This document shows, one piece after another, positions 1 through 9,035 of a DNA stretch of 64,000 nt. The notes under the pieces were generated by a model. The model did not search any database. It saw only the letters and a list, made by a program, of their open reading frames with translations, and had not been told where the DNA came from. Made by a program: the position numbers and the translations under genes. Origin of the DNA: Escherichia virus TH42; the sequence record MT446413.1; one strand, written 5' to 3'. The stretch's first letter is position 1. The number at the start of each line of letters is the position of its first letter.

Positions 1-672
1 ATCTCTGTTATCGTCAATACCAAATACATTCTGAACCCATACGTTTTCAGAAAATTCATCAGTTGAACAGACCAGTGGCAAGAATGCGATTGCACTCATA
101 TCGCCAGTAAAATAGGTCGCTGCTGATTCATCATCAGTGTCTACATCATTTGAATAAGACCAACGACCAAAGAAGTTACGACTCAAACCGGCTAAACGTA
201 AAGCTAAGCTGATTCGTTGTCGCTTGAGTAACTCTTCCTTGTCTTGAACGCCTTCCTGAAGGAACTCCATTCCCATAAAATCTCCATCCAGATAACTCCG
301 GAGGGTCATTAATCCAGTAAACACCTTGTCTGCTGGGTGGTCTCGAAGGTTCACGGCAACTGAGTTCACCGAAGTGACAGAGAACATGTTTTTATAGCAA
401 GACATTGAGTTAAAAATGTCTGTTGCTTCAACTAAAGCTCTTTCGATATCTTTAGCTGGTACGCCATAAAAATTGTGAGGCCAGAAGTTAATAACTCCAA
501 TTTCTGAAGTTCTATCACGAAGGCTTGAGAGATTGATACTGTCGCCATTAATGTCTGTAACAGAATACATATGCTGACAGTTGAAAGTACCAAAACAAGC
601 TCGCCCTCTGAACACTGACTCACCAAAGTCCCCTGATGGTGTTACCGGAGCAGTCGATGCGGAGATTGACAT
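1..672 (-). CDS. hypothetical protein, 3' end truncated by window edge
   Basis: Hand translation of minus strand: ATG at 672-670 (MSISASTAPV...), frame open for 224 codons to position 1; absent from track because no stop lies inside the window. Confidence 0.5.
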   Translation of the reverse strand, partial: MSISASTAPVTPSGDFGESVFRGRACFGTFNCQHMYSVTDINGDSINLSSLRDRTSEIGVINFWPHNFYGVPAKDIERALVEATDIFNSMSCYKNMFSVTSVNSVAVNLRDHPADKVFTGLMTLRSYLDGDFMGMEFLQEGVQDKEELLKRQRISLALRLAGLSRNFFGRWSYSNDVDTDDESAATYFTGDMSAIAFLPLVCSTDEFSENVWVQNVFGIDDNRD

Positions 673-680
673 ATTCGCCT

Positions 681-1898
681 CTATTTATTGAAGAATAATT
701 TTTCCAAAATGTTTTCCCACTCTTCTGAGGGACGTACTGTATAATTACTACCTGTCAGTCCATTGGACATACTACTGATAATGTTATACATGTTGTAGCT
801 TCGAGCTGAAGCTGTTTCATTGTTCCAGTTATAACCGAACACAATTTTAGCAAAAGATGTTTCAGATTCAGCCACCTCTCGGATAAATTCAACCAAGAGT
901 GACTTTTCTGTGATGATTGGTCGGGTATCTTCCGACAGATGGCAATATTGAGGCAAAAGGATTGGCAAGAACATCGAATTGTTCACTCGACAATCACGAA
1001 CACCTTCACTGCGATAGATCAGACTGGAGAAGTCTTCATCACGCAGGTGGCCTTCACCTTCAGTGTATTCACACTGTCGCCATTTGGTCTGGCGAGGCTC
1101 AACCATTGTACTACCAACACCCACTGTATACAGAGATGCTTGGAAGATACAGGAATCGTAATCATTCCCTGTTAAAGCAACACGTTCGTTACCGAACACA
1201 TCCACTGAAGAGTTGATCAGTCGGCTGAATGCAAGAGAGGCTAAAGGAGACCAGCCCTTCTTATACATCTTGTTCAACATTTCATACACAGCAGATTTTT
1301 CATCATCTGTATAGAATGTGCGATTCAACATCAGATAGAACAGAGCACGATCAGCGGGACAGCCATCAGTACAAACACCCATGAACCCTACTTCATGCCA
1401 TACCAGACATGAGTCAAGGTCTTTATCCATGAATGCTGCAAAGGTTTCCATAACAACACGATCAGTGATATCAGGACGGTTGTTTTCTTCTGCCCATGTT
1501 TCCACATGAGAAGGAGGACGAGGGTCTTCATTTTCTAACCCTTCACGGAAATACTGAGTAGCGATATATTCAGTATCACCATAACATCTTACACCGTGAG
1601 CTGGAAGATGTGTTCCGGAGTTCCAGATATACTTGATTTCAGACATAGGCAACATATTCTCAAGAACGTTCTCTTCAGCAGTGCCTTGACGAACCATCAT
1701 ATTTCCACTCCACACCTTGATGCGGATATTCCAGCCGAAATTACTATCGTATGTATTATAGTAATCAGGATCACCATCTTCATCTTCGTCATAATCACCA
1801 CCCTGATAGTAACCTGCTTTCAGGAAACCATAACAAGGGGGCCAGACGGTTACAACGTCTTCTGATTCTTTCCAGCTTTGAAGTGTTACAGGGAACAT
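681..1898 (-). CDS. hypothetical protein (405 aa)
   Basis: Long track ORF on the dominant strand of this block, tightly packed with neighbours; no motif recognised. Confidence 0.6.
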   Translation of the reverse strand: MFPVTLQSWKESEDVVTVWPPCYGFLKAGYYQGGDYDEDEDGDPDYYNTYDSNFGWNIRIKVWSGNMMVRQGTAEENVLENMLPMSEIKYIWNSGTHLPAHGVRCYGDTEYIATQYFREGLENEDPRPPSHVETWAEENNRPDITDRVVMETFAAFMDKDLDSCLVWHEVGFMGVCTDGCPADRALFYLMLNRTFYTDDEKSAVYEMLNKMYKKGWSPLASLAFSRLINSSVDVFGNERVALTGNDYDSCIFQASLYTVGVGSTMVEPRQTKWRQCEYTEGEGHLRDEDFSSLIYRSEGVRDCRVNNSMFLPILLPQYCHLSEDTRPIITEKSLLVEFIREVAESETSFAKIVFGYNWNNETASARSYNMYNIISSMSNGLTGSNYTVRPSEEWENILEKLFFNK

Positions 1899-1909
1899 CT
1901 TTTACCTCT

Positions 1910-2272
1910 TTACTCTGCTACCAAAAGGCTCAGAGATTTACGAATGTAGGCAATGCTACGGAAGTTTCGATAGTTCTCTTGGAAGCGCATCTTTTCAAAT
2001 TCTGCTTCCTGAAGTTCTACCTCTGCTGCATTGTATCCTGCCACAGCCAAACTCACCACATCCTGAGGTAAGGTATTACGACGACGAATAAGATATTTAT
2101 TCGCCTTTAGTTTGCTTTGTGCACGAGCCATTTTGGCCTTTGCCGCCTTAATGCCATGAGCAATCCAGAGCAGTTGCTGCTCCAAATCATTCTCGTCCAT
2201 GCCACCCAAATCATTTGCTACTTTATGCAGCGTAGACAGGTTCACATGGCCTTTGATGGGGCGTAGGTTCAT
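1910..2272 (-). CDS. hypothetical protein (120 aa)
   Basis: Track ORF; its ATG overlaps the stop of the upstream small ORF (ATGA-type coupling). Confidence 0.5.
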   Translation of the reverse strand: MNLRPIKGHVNLSTLHKVANDLGGMDENDLEQQLLWIAHGIKAAKAKMARAQSKLKANKYLIRRRNTLPQDVVSLAVAGYNAAEVELQEAEFEKMRFQENYRNFRSIAYIRKSLSLLVAE

Positions 2273-2436
2273 AACTTCTCCTGTTTATCACATTGATTGG
2301 TCAGCCAGTTGTAAGCCCCTCTGTTGTTCTTGCTTAACTCACAAGATGCAAAAGAATAGGTTCTGACAAACCCCACGGTGGCTAAGCAAATAAAGATTGC
2401 TGCCAATAAGAACTTAACTTTCAACTTATTATCCAT
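2269..2436 (-). CDS. small putative membrane protein (55 aa)
   Basis: Hand-translated ORF below track size cut-off: MDNKLKVKFLLAAIFICLATVGFVRTYSF...; hydrophobic N-terminal segment; stop overlaps next start. Confidence 0.4.
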   Translation of the reverse strand: MDNKLKVKFLLAAIFICLATVGFVRTYSFASCELSKNNRGAYNWLTNQCDKQEKL

Positions 2437-2639
2437 ACAACCTCTTCTTTGAACTTAAAAAAGGACTCTCCTAAGAGAGCCAAGCTTTAAGGCCAATTAA
2501 ATAGATATCACCCAATATCTGTGGATAACCTGCTCTTAAAATATTCTATCCGACGGATGTTCGAGGACTATTCCTCTCCCTAGCATCGGCCCCATACGGG
2601 TAAGATTAAATTAAGTTTAGGTTAGTTGAGCCAGAATAG

Positions 2640-2673
2640 CTCACATAGCCCTCTGATACTCACAAGGGCTATA
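2640..2673. repeat. conserved hairpin element, copy 1 (second copy at 8363-8396)
   Basis: CTCACATAGCCCTCTGATACTCACAAGGGCTATA; 8-bp inverted repeat ATAGCCCT/AGGGCTAT; lies directly 3' of the stop of gene 2678..2926. Confidence 0.6.
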
Positions 2674-2677
2674 GATG

Positions 2678-2926
2678 TTACTCTGTGGCTCCGTCAAAGC
2701 GAAGGATTGCTGTTGGAACAGGGATTACAACCATATCAAAATCTAAGCGGAAGAGGTGTCCTGTGCTCAGTTGAACTGCTGTTACAGGCTTAGCAATTCC
2801 TGAGACTTCTGCGGAAGGGATTCTGATAAAGAATTCTCCCGGATACTCAGGTGAATGAAACACTTCTCCCGCTGTCATATTTACCAACTTAATGTCGGGT
2901 ACGGGTTGTTTATTTTCAATTTGCAT
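2678..2926 (-). CDS. hypothetical protein, member of a small paralogous family (82 aa)
   Basis: Track ORF; N-terminal pattern (L..(L/M)..GEVF) shared with 4317..4571, 8404..8628 and 8629..8859. Confidence 0.5.
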   Translation of the reverse strand: MQIENKQPVPDIKLVNMTAGEVFHSPEYPGEFFIRIPSAEVSGIAKPVTAVQLSTGHLFRLDFDMVVIPVPTAILRFDGATE

Positions 2927-3159
2927 TACAGACCCTTCTTGGCACGATCTTTGGCAGTTTTGCCAGTGCGGATACGATGGGAAACATTAACCAGCTCACC
3001 ACCTTCGACGATAGTTACGCTTTTGTTTTTCGCAATATCAAACACAGACTTCTCTGTTCCGCCTAGACGAATCTGACGCGGTTCACTTTGGGTCTGAGTT
3101 GACTTGGACTGGAACTGGAACGGCTGACGGATGGCATCAATTGCGCTAACTTTAGACAT
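2926..3159 (-). CDS. hypothetical protein (77 aa)
   Basis: Track ORF on block strand; start/stop abut neighbours. Confidence 0.45.
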   Translation of the reverse strand: MSKVSAIDAIRQPFQFQSKSTQTQSEPRQIRLGGTEKSVFDIAKNKSVTIVEGGELVNVSHRIRTGKTAKDRAKKGL

Positions 3160-3187
3160 GTTTTTATTACCTTAAATTAAAGAGAGA

Positions 3188-3601
3188 TTAAACAACGAAT
3201 TGGAACGCTTCGTATCCAAACTTATAAGAGAAGTCATGCTTGAATTTCACTACACGACCACGGTCACGGAAAGATTTCAGACGAGTGATGAACCCAGCCA
3301 TCGGCTCAAGGTCAATAGGGCTACGAATCTTCATAGCTACAGAGTGCAGCTTGAAGCGCTTACCAGTGCTACAGGCCATCATCACATACTCCATACGAGT
3401 AGTCCAGATGTTGAGCACCATGCTTGTTTTCTCCGCTGACCAACCAGTCTTACGGGCGATTTCCTTATGGATGTTAAGCTCCAAAGGAAGAGGGAATTGC
3501 TTGTTGAATGAAGCCGGATAAAGTTTGACCAGAAGATCAATGTTTTCTTTATACGTGAGGTAGGCCAATTTTTTGCTTACGTTGGGGAATTTCCCAGCCA
3601 T
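3188..3601 (-). CDS. hypothetical protein (137 aa)
   Basis: Track ORF on block strand. Confidence 0.55.
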   Translation of the reverse strand: MAGKFPNVSKKLAYLTYKENIDLLVKLYPASFNKQFPLPLELNIHKEIARKTGWSAEKTSMVLNIWTTRMEYVMMACSTGKRFKLHSVAMKIRSPIDLEPMAGFITRLKSFRDRGRVVKFKHDFSYKFGYEAFQFVV

Positions 3602-3799
3602 TTTTGAAGCTCCAAAACAGCGCCGAAAAGAGAGGCGTCATAGTAGCTAAAGGGAGGAGAGAAGAGGGCTTATTTACTTGCCTTTTTCTGTCCGTTAATG
3701 TACCAGATAACTGAGCCATCAGGCTGTCGCTGACCAAAGCCTTTCAGGTTAACCATTTCTTCTTCAGAGTAGGCACGTTTTCTCACTGATTTTCTCCTG

Positions 3800-4057
3800 T
3801 CAATAGAAGGTGTGTGTAGAGTCGTCGTTCATAGATAACCAAACGAAGAAGACAATCACACAGAAAGCAATAATACCGAGAATTGCAAGGATTATAGTGT
3901 TAGCTAATGTGATATCTAACACGCTTTGCAGATACATAAAGAACTGTACGACACCACATATCATTAGCACGACACCAACAACAATGAGGAGCCAATATGT
4001 GCAGAGAAGGGCTGCATCCAATAGTGACACATATTTTGGATGATCTTTACGTTTCAC
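3800..4057 (-). CDS. putative membrane protein (85 aa)
   Basis: Track ORF with two long hydrophobic segments (LLCTYWLLIVVGVVLMICGVV; ILAILGIIAFCVIVFFVWL). Confidence 0.5.
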   Translation of the reverse strand: MKRKDHPKYVSLLDAALLCTYWLLIVVGVVLMICGVVQFFMYLQSVLDITLANTIILAILGIIAFCVIVFFVWLSMNDDSTHTFY

Positions 4058-4313
4058 TAACCTTCTCCACTAAATCCAGAGTTGCTGATTCAAATACAAC
4101 ACCAACTGGCATATTAGGTGCCATATTACGAACGTACCCACTCTGCATAGACACGGCTCGAGAGTATTCAGAACCGTTAGAGCTTTTGTTTACTTTCATG
4201 TAAAGGGTTTGTTCTTTATCTTCTTTAAGGGTAAAGAAAGAACCGGGAAGAAGTCCCTGAACGGTTACAGGGATATCTGCAACACGAGTCTTATTGATAG
4301 TAAGGACTGTCAT
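4047..4313 (-). CDS. hypothetical protein (88 aa)
   Basis: Track ORF on block strand, short overlap with neighbours. Confidence 0.5.
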   Translation of the reverse strand: MTVLTINKTRVADIPVTVQGLLPGSFFTLKEDKEQTLYMKVNKSSNGSEYSRAVSMQSGYVRNMAPNMPVGVVFESATLDLVEKVSET

Positions 4314-4316
4314 TAT

Positions 4317-4571
4317 TTATTCCTTAATAATTGCTTCAGCTTTAATAGGAATAACAGCAACATCTTTACGAGGCGCTGTCGCTCGGCCTGTGTTAAGACA
4401 GGCTACAAGTCTATGCTCGTCCGCACCCTTAATGCACAAGCGAGTGGAGAACTCTGTAGAGAGTAAGATGTATAAATCACCATCTTCACTGTTAGGGTAC
4501 ATGAAGCAATCCCCAAGTCGCAAAGCACTGAGGGGTATTGAATTTTTACCTGCTGGCATGTTAACTTTCAT
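4317..4571 (-). CDS. hypothetical protein, small paralogous family (84 aa)
   Basis: Track ORF; LSALRLGDCF motif resembles the 8404/8629 paralogs. Confidence 0.5.
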   Translation of the reverse strand: MKVNMPAGKNSIPLSALRLGDCFMYPNSEDGDLYILLSTEFSTRLCIKGADEHRLVACLNTGRATAPRKDVAVIPIKAEAIIKE

Positions 4572-4848
4572 TTAACCACCTTTAGTTATGGACCAATTTA
4601 TGAGAGAACTCTCGGAAGAATGCTTTCATAAATAGGGGGGAGGGGACGAATCCTCCCATATCCTATTAATTAATGTTGCATGTAAGACCTAACAATCCGA
4701 TGCTGTAGTGGATAGCGTAAAACGCTTACCGGCATTAAACCCAGCCCATGAGGGGCTTATGTGATTAAAATGCTCAACATTGAGCGGTTAGTTGATAGGA
4801 GATCTGAAGTCCTATCTCAAAGGACTCTCGTAAGAATCCTTCACGATA

Positions 4849-5115
4849 TTACTTAGTAATAAAGACTGTCACCTTATCCATTACCCAGCCTATCAACATA
4901 AGTAAAGGTAAGAAGAGGATAAAGATCAGCATAAAAGGCCAGAAGAATATCACCGTCCAAATAGAGTATTCATCAGGCTTACCACTCCATGAGGAATGGA
5001 AGAAGTTGTAGAGTGTATTGGTTTTAAAGCACCATTTAACTACAATGGCTGCCAACCACCAACCAATAACATAAATCAGGAGGACATACGCTGCTGTAAC
5101 CATTGACCGTTCCAT
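4849..5115 (-). CDS. putative membrane protein (88 aa)
   Basis: Track ORF with three hydrophobic segments. Confidence 0.5.
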   Translation of the reverse strand: MERSMVTAAYVLLIYVIGWWLAAIVVKWCFKTNTLYNFFHSSWSGKPDEYSIWTVIFFWPFMLIFILFLPLLMLIGWVMDKVTVFITK

Positions 5116-5330
5116 TGATAGTTGCGAGTTACCACGTTTCCGTGGATAAGGAAGTGCTGGCGGCGAAGGATATCTTTAACGTTGTAGTAGGCAGCGTTAC
5201 CGAGATGGCCTTCTTTGATAAGCCAGCGCAGATTACGAATATCAACCAACAACATGCTTACTTGTTGCTTGCATGAAGTCTGAGCCGCTGTTTCAATCAG
5301 AGATTTCGTATCAGAATAATGACCAGACAT
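5076..5330 (-). CDS. hypothetical protein (84 aa)
   Basis: Track ORF on block strand; 40-nt overlap with downstream gene. Confidence 0.4.
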   Translation of the reverse strand: MSGHYSDTKSLIETAAQTSCKQQVSMLLVDIRNLRWLIKEGHLGNAAYYNVKDILRRQHFLIHGNVVTRNYQWNGQWLQQRMSS

Positions 5331-5331
5331 A

Positions 5332-5631
5332 TCACCACTCCTTACCTGTTGTTGTCACAGAACCACCACACCACAATGCCGTATCAATCACAACCTTGTC
5401 TGGTGTAGACTTCTCTTCGTTGATAGACGGGTTGGCATTAGAACAGGTTGCCCCGTTGTAGCGCATATCAATCTCACCACTAGGAACCTTGTTCCCTGAA
5501 TGCCAGCGAGATACGCACACACCTTCTACCGATAATGCACACCATCCATCAGGACGATGCTGTACACAGCCTGTAAGAGCTACACAGGCGATAAAGATAC
5601 AGGTTAAGGTAATTACACCACCCCAGCTCAT
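5332..5631 (-). CDS. putative lipoprotein, Cys-rich (99 aa)
   Basis: N-terminal signal-like sequence with lipobox-like LTGC, followed by a Cys-rich domain. Confidence 0.45.
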   Translation of the reverse strand: MSWGGVITLTCIFIACVALTGCVQHRPDGWCALSVEGVCVSRWHSGNKVPSGEIDMRYNGATCSNANPSINEEKSTPDKVVIDTALWCGGSVTTTGKEW

Positions 5632-5786
5632 GATCCCTCCTGAAGCGCCTTACGGCGGCTATCTCGCCAAGCCATCCATAGGTAGGTTTTAAGTTCTTCT
5701 CTTTCTTCTTCGCTGAACAAAGGAGAAGTAAAGATATCATCGAACCACTCATTAAACTCAGGGGTCATAAACCCTCCTATTTGATT

Positions 5787-5813
5787 TGGTGGACTATCTG
5801 GAATCGAACCAGA
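5787..5813 (-). tRNA. tRNA-like 3' fragment (T-arm, acceptor-like strand, CCA)
   Basis: Minus-sense TCTGG-TTCGATT-CCAGA then TAGTCC-A-CCA; no 5' acceptor partner found by hand within 120 nt. Confidence 0.3.
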
Positions 5814-5911
5814 AGCTCACTAAGAAAGCAATTCCCACTGTTATAAAAGCACTTGCCTCAACAGGGATACACTAACTCTGGTGCCGTACCCATACTAGCC
5901 CTTGTTTAAAA

Positions 5912-5940
5912 TTGGTCGGGACGGAAGGATTCGAACCCTC
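5912..5940 (-). tRNA. tRNA-like 3' fragment (T-arm, 7-nt acceptor strand, A, CCA)
   Basis: Minus-sense GAGGG-TTCGAAT-CCTTC then CGTCCCG-A-CCA; only about 25 nt separate it from the preceding element, so it cannot be a full tRNA. Confidence 0.3.
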
Positions 5941-5964
5941 TTACGTTGATTTAAAAGCTCTTAG

Positions 5965-6043
<79 letters not shown>

Positions 6044-6066
6044 ATTAAGAGCTTTCAATATTTTGT

Positions 6067-6318
6067 TTAACTGAAAATACGCAAGGCCACATCATGACCG
6101 ATATGACCGGGAACTTTGTGCTGCTCTATTTTCAAACAGAGTTTACAAACACGAGACACACGAGACTCTTTCGCTTCGACTGGAGTGTCTTTAGCGTGAG
6201 TGATGTGTAGGTTTTCAGTGATCACCCACTCGTGTTTACATCCAGAATCTTCGGGCTTTTTCTTACGAAAGAACATAATACCCCTTAGATCAGATCTGTT
6301 TTCTTGTGCAGACCACAC
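6067..6318 (-). CDS. small zinc-ribbon-like protein, paralog 1 (83 aa)
   Basis: Track ORF; CKHEW...CKLC pattern shared with the 6285..6449 and 6459..6644 ORFs. Confidence 0.45.
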   Translation of the reverse strand: MWSAQENRSDLRGIMFFRKKKPEDSGCKHEWVITENLHITHAKDTPVEAKESRVSRVCKLCLKIEQHKVPGHIGHDVALRIFS

Positions 6319-6449
6319 ACTTTACAGCGAGAGTAGATACGCAACCCTTGTCGCTCTCTGTCAGTAAGTTTATTTGTGATCGTCAGTTCATAAGTATGAA
6401 GATCTTCCCACTCATGGAAATGAAAGAAACGTTTGAACCATTTAATCAT
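6285..6449 (-). CDS. small zinc-ribbon-like protein, paralog 2 (54 aa)
   Basis: Hand-translated: MIKWFKRFFHFHEWEDLHTYELTITNKLTDRERQGLRIYSRCKVCGLHKKTDLI; below track cut-off. Confidence 0.4.
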   Translation of the reverse strand: MIKWFKRFFHFHEWEDLHTYELTITNKLTDRERQGLRIYSRCKVCGLHKKTDLI

Positions 6450-6458
6450 AATGATTCC

Positions 6459-6644
6459 TTAGATTACATCACGATGACTAACATCACCACACACCTTACA
6501 CTGAATAACGTAACGTGTGCCCTTGTCATTGTTCCCATCTGAATCTGTATAGACCAGAGGACGGGTGTTAATAATCTTCCAATCATGACAATGGAAGACA
6601 CGCTTTAGCCATTTAATCATACTAAGCACACGCCGGTAATTCAA
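6459..6644 (-). CDS. small zinc-ribbon-like protein, paralog 3 (61 aa)
   Basis: Track ORF; MIKWLKRVFHCHDW...CKVCG matches paralog 2. Confidence 0.45.
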   Translation of the reverse strand: MNYRRVLSMIKWLKRVFHCHDWKIINTRPLVYTDSDGNNDKGTRYVIQCKVCGDVSHRDVI

Positions 6645-6912
6645 TTAACTGAGGAGTACGACAAGGGCCATCCTCATACACACCTACTAGTGTTGGCATG
6701 TAAGGCCCAGCGCACTGGTATTCATCGAACAGTTCGTTATAGGTAGGCTTCCACTTCCAAGCCCACACATAGCCCATTCGATCAATGGCAATGTAACGAG
6801 TGTTCAGAGGAACCTGCATCATCACATCACCAACTGCTATTACTTTCGTAATAACTGCTGCTCGGAAGTTTGTCTTCATAGTCTCACCGCTTAACCATAA
6901 ATTGATACTCAC
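6622..6912 (-). CDS. hypothetical protein (96 aa)
   Basis: Track ORF on block strand. Confidence 0.5.
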   Translation of the reverse strand: MSINLWLSGETMKTNFRAAVITKVIAVGDVMMQVPLNTRYIAIDRMGYVWAWKWKPTYNELFDEYQCAGPYMPTLVGVYEDGPCRTPQLIELPACA

Positions 6913-7075
6913 GGATCGAGTCTACGTACTCCAACACCGCAGACTCTAACGTTTCCCACACCGAAGCCGCCCCCTCGCCTACGAGAACCTCCCATAACTC
7001 CGGTGATATCTGCGTTAGTTTTATCGTCGGTTTACCCGCAGCCTTACTCACCCCTAAAATAATTTCTTCCTGCAT
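6884..7075 (-). CDS. hypothetical protein (63 aa)
   Basis: Track ORF on block strand. Confidence 0.4.
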   Translation of the reverse strand: MQEEIILGVSKAAGKPTIKLTQISPELWEVLVGEGAASVWETLESAVLEYVDSIREYQFMVKR

Positions 7076-7101
7076 AGTCTCACCTCTATTATATTCACCA
7101 G

Positions 7102-7410
7102 TTAATCCGACAATGCCGCCATCATTTTATTCATTTTAGCCACACCTTTACGGATAAGTGGCATGAACTCATCGGCCAGTTCAGTGGATAAAAGTTTAAG
7201 ACCACCTGATTTAATTCCATTCACTGCCTTCTCAACCTCATCCGACAGCAATGTCATTGTTAACAATGGGGATTTTATTACCACAGTAAAGCCCGGTTCG
7301 TACCGTGAGTGACTGTAGGTGAACTCTAAGTGAGTGACACCGGGCATCTTAGACATTTGAGCACGGATATCTACATTAGGGTTACAGTGGGTTGAAGATG
7401 AAATTGTCAT
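7102..7410 (-). CDS. hypothetical protein (102 aa)
   Basis: Track ORF on block strand. Confidence 0.5.
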   Translation of the reverse strand: MTISSSTHCNPNVDIRAQMSKMPGVTHLEFTYSHSRYEPGFTVVIKSPLLTMTLLSDEVEKAVNGIKSGGLKLLSTELADEFMPLIRKGVAKMNKMMAALSD

Positions 7411-7658
7411 GGCTTTTTAATCTCAATCTGGACGTTGACAACAAATACAGTATGGTTTGCACTGTACACCGAAGTGCCTATGATTGGTTTGTCATCACTG
7501 AGGATTTCAACAGCGTGCTCAAGGTTAATCTTCAGATGAAGTCGACCTGATTCCATGAAGAAGTCACCAGCACGAATCTCACCAAACTTGGATGGCACAC
7601 CGATAGAGGGTATCAGTATGTCAGTACGACCTTTACGGTCAAATAAACGATTGAACAT
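7407..7658 (-). CDS. hypothetical protein (83 aa)
   Basis: Track ORF; 4-nt overlap with downstream gene. Confidence 0.5.
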   Translation of the reverse strand: MFNRLFDRKGRTDILIPSIGVPSKFGEIRAGDFFMESGRLHLKINLEHAVEILSDDKPIIGTSVYSANHTVFVVNVQIEIKKP

Positions 7659-7667
7659 ATCAACCCC

Positions 7668-7877
7668 TTATGTGATATCAACCTCAAACCAACAGGTAAG
7701 AGCTTTTTCATTGTTGCGCTTTGGTTCAAAGGATTTAGTAACTGATAACACCCGTCGCTGTTGTCCATCAAACCAGATAGTTTCATTTCTTTCAGGAAGT
7801 AGGTTGTGTGCAGCACAAACGATTTCACCTAGCACAACCTGTCTGCCATCTTGTTTACGAACTAAATGAATGTTCAT
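7668..7877 (-). CDS. hypothetical protein (69 aa)
   Basis: Track ORF on block strand. Confidence 0.45.
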   Translation of the reverse strand: MNIHLVRKQDGRQVVLGEIVCAAHNLLPERNETIWFDGQQRRVLSVTKSFEPKRNNEKALTCWFEVDIT

Positions 7878-7920
7878 ATCAACCTCTCTTATTAGTTTAA
7901 GTAAGAGTTATCCCTTAATT

Positions 7921-7952
7921 AAAACAACAAAGGCCACCCCGAAGGGCAGCCT
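7921..7952 (-). terminator. rho-independent terminator-like hairpin
   Basis: Minus-sense GGCUGCCC-UUCG-GGGUGGCC (two G-U pairs) followed by U-rich tract; near-identical hairpin on plus strand at 26184-26213. Confidence 0.45.
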
Positions 7953-7963
7953 CTTATTAATTA

Positions 7964-8101
7964 TCCACCGTAAAACCAATCACCTTGACGTTTACGGATG
8001 TTAGTTGTCAGACGAAGCATGGCAGACTCAATCTTCAGAGCACCATTTGCTACTGCATCCATACGTTCAGGACGGTTCATACGCTTGGTTGACTTCTTCA
8101 T
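7964..8101 (-). CDS. small basic hypothetical protein (46 aa)
   Basis: Hand-translated MKKSTKRMNRPERMDAVANGALKIESAMLRLTTNIRKRQGDWFYGG; followed by terminator hairpin. Confidence 0.3.
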
Positions 8102-8362
8102 AACGTTCTCTCTTTGTTAGTGGAGGCAGGATTGCCAGTTAATATAAAGGGAAGCCCTACACGTTAAGGCTTCCGCTTGTACAAACTGTCGAGAACTCTC
8201 TACCCCTAGATTGTTCTCTATCCCAAACCGATACATACCCCTACATATCGGAATGCCATTCGAAAATTAACAGGTTTTAGTCTATCACCGGATGTTTGAG
8301 ACAAGTCTCGCCCTAGCGGTGAGCCATATGGCACTGAGATTATGGTTAATTGAGGAACACCC

Positions 8363-8396
8363 TCACATAGCCCTCTGATAATCACAAGAGCTATAA
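8363..8396. repeat. conserved hairpin element, copy 2 (first copy at 2640-2673)
   Basis: CTCACATAGCCCTCTGATAATCACAAGAGCTATA, 31/34 identical to copy 1; directly 3' of stop of gene 8404..8628. Confidence 0.6.
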
Positions 8397-8403
8397 GTCG
8401 ATG

Positions 8404-8628
8404 TTACTTGTTGGTCAGTCTAACATTAGGTACACGATATACCTCTGTTGGTTTACGATCAGAGGAACGTTTACCAGTGTAGAGGTTAACAAAATAGGTT
8501 TTGTGTTCCCCATAACACGAAGTACACATGTAGTATTGGGTTTCAGCAGTATTAAACTGGAAGACTTCACCCGGCTCTAAATCACCGAGAGTTACAACCG
8601 CTGGTGTATTGTCGATATCAATCTTCAT
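8404..8628 (-). CDS. hypothetical protein, small paralogous family (74 aa)
   Basis: MKIDIDN...LGDLEPGEVFQF; tandem with paralog 8629..8859. Confidence 0.55.
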   Translation of the reverse strand: MKIDIDNTPAVVTLGDLEPGEVFQFNTAETQYYMCTSCYGEHKTYFVNLYTGKRSSDRKPTEVYRVPNVRLTNK

Positions 8629-8859
8629 TTAACCACCAATATTCGTTACTTGTACATTAGGTACAGAGATAACTTCATGATCTTCAGGTATCTGGAACAA
8701 AGTCCCCTGACCAAGACCAACGACACGGTGCATACCCTGCACATAGGTGTCTGTCTTTAGGTAGAGGTGTTCAGTGTTATTTTGTAATCGGAATACGTCA
8801 CCCGGACGTAACTCACTAAGCTTTTTAGTAACAACTTCAGAGGAGAGATTGATTTTCAT
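8629..8859 (-). CDS. hypothetical protein, small paralogous family (76 aa)
   Basis: MKINLSS...LSELRPGDVFRL; tandem duplicate of 8404..8628. Confidence 0.55.
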   Translation of the reverse strand: MKINLSSEVVTKKLSELRPGDVFRLQNNTEHLYLKTDTYVQGMHRVVGLGQGTLFQIPEDHEVISVPNVQVTNIGG

Positions 8860-9035
8860 TTGATTAACACCAAATCAGTACGACGTTCGAAGGAAGGAGA
8901 GGATTCACCATTCCACTGAACAAGATAACAGAGAACACCATCAATCGTTGTTCTCCGACGAATAACACCTGTTTGAGTACCGCCAACAAGGCGAACAGTG
9001 TGACCAGTGGTAAACTTAACCTTTGAGCGCATCCT
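8856..9035 (-). CDS. hypothetical protein (about 60 aa; start moved to internal Met)
   Basis: Track ORF 8856..9218 overlaps 9016..9321 in another frame; only the C-terminal part from MRSKVKF looks protein-like. Confidence 0.35.
   Translation of the reverse strand, partial: RMRSKVKFTTGHTVRLVGGTQTGVIRRRTTIDGVLCYLVQWNGESSPSFERRTDLVLIK

Noticed and set aside
917-2071. Plus-strand track ORFs 917..1216, 939..1175, 1596..1865, 1751..2071
   Set aside because: They lie entirely antisense inside the long minus-strand gene 681..1898 and its neighbour; shadow ORFs with no RBS context.
5549-5752. Minus-strand ORF overlapping the start of the lipoprotein gene
   Set aside because: 83-nt out-of-frame overlap with 5332..5631 and a low-complexity translation; treated as spurious, though not excluded.
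5787-5940. Prophage attachment site suggested by the tRNA 3'-end fragments
   Set aside because: No integrase, excisionase or repressor is present in the window and the fragments sit mid-block among early genes; kept only as an alternative under the tRNA-like finding.
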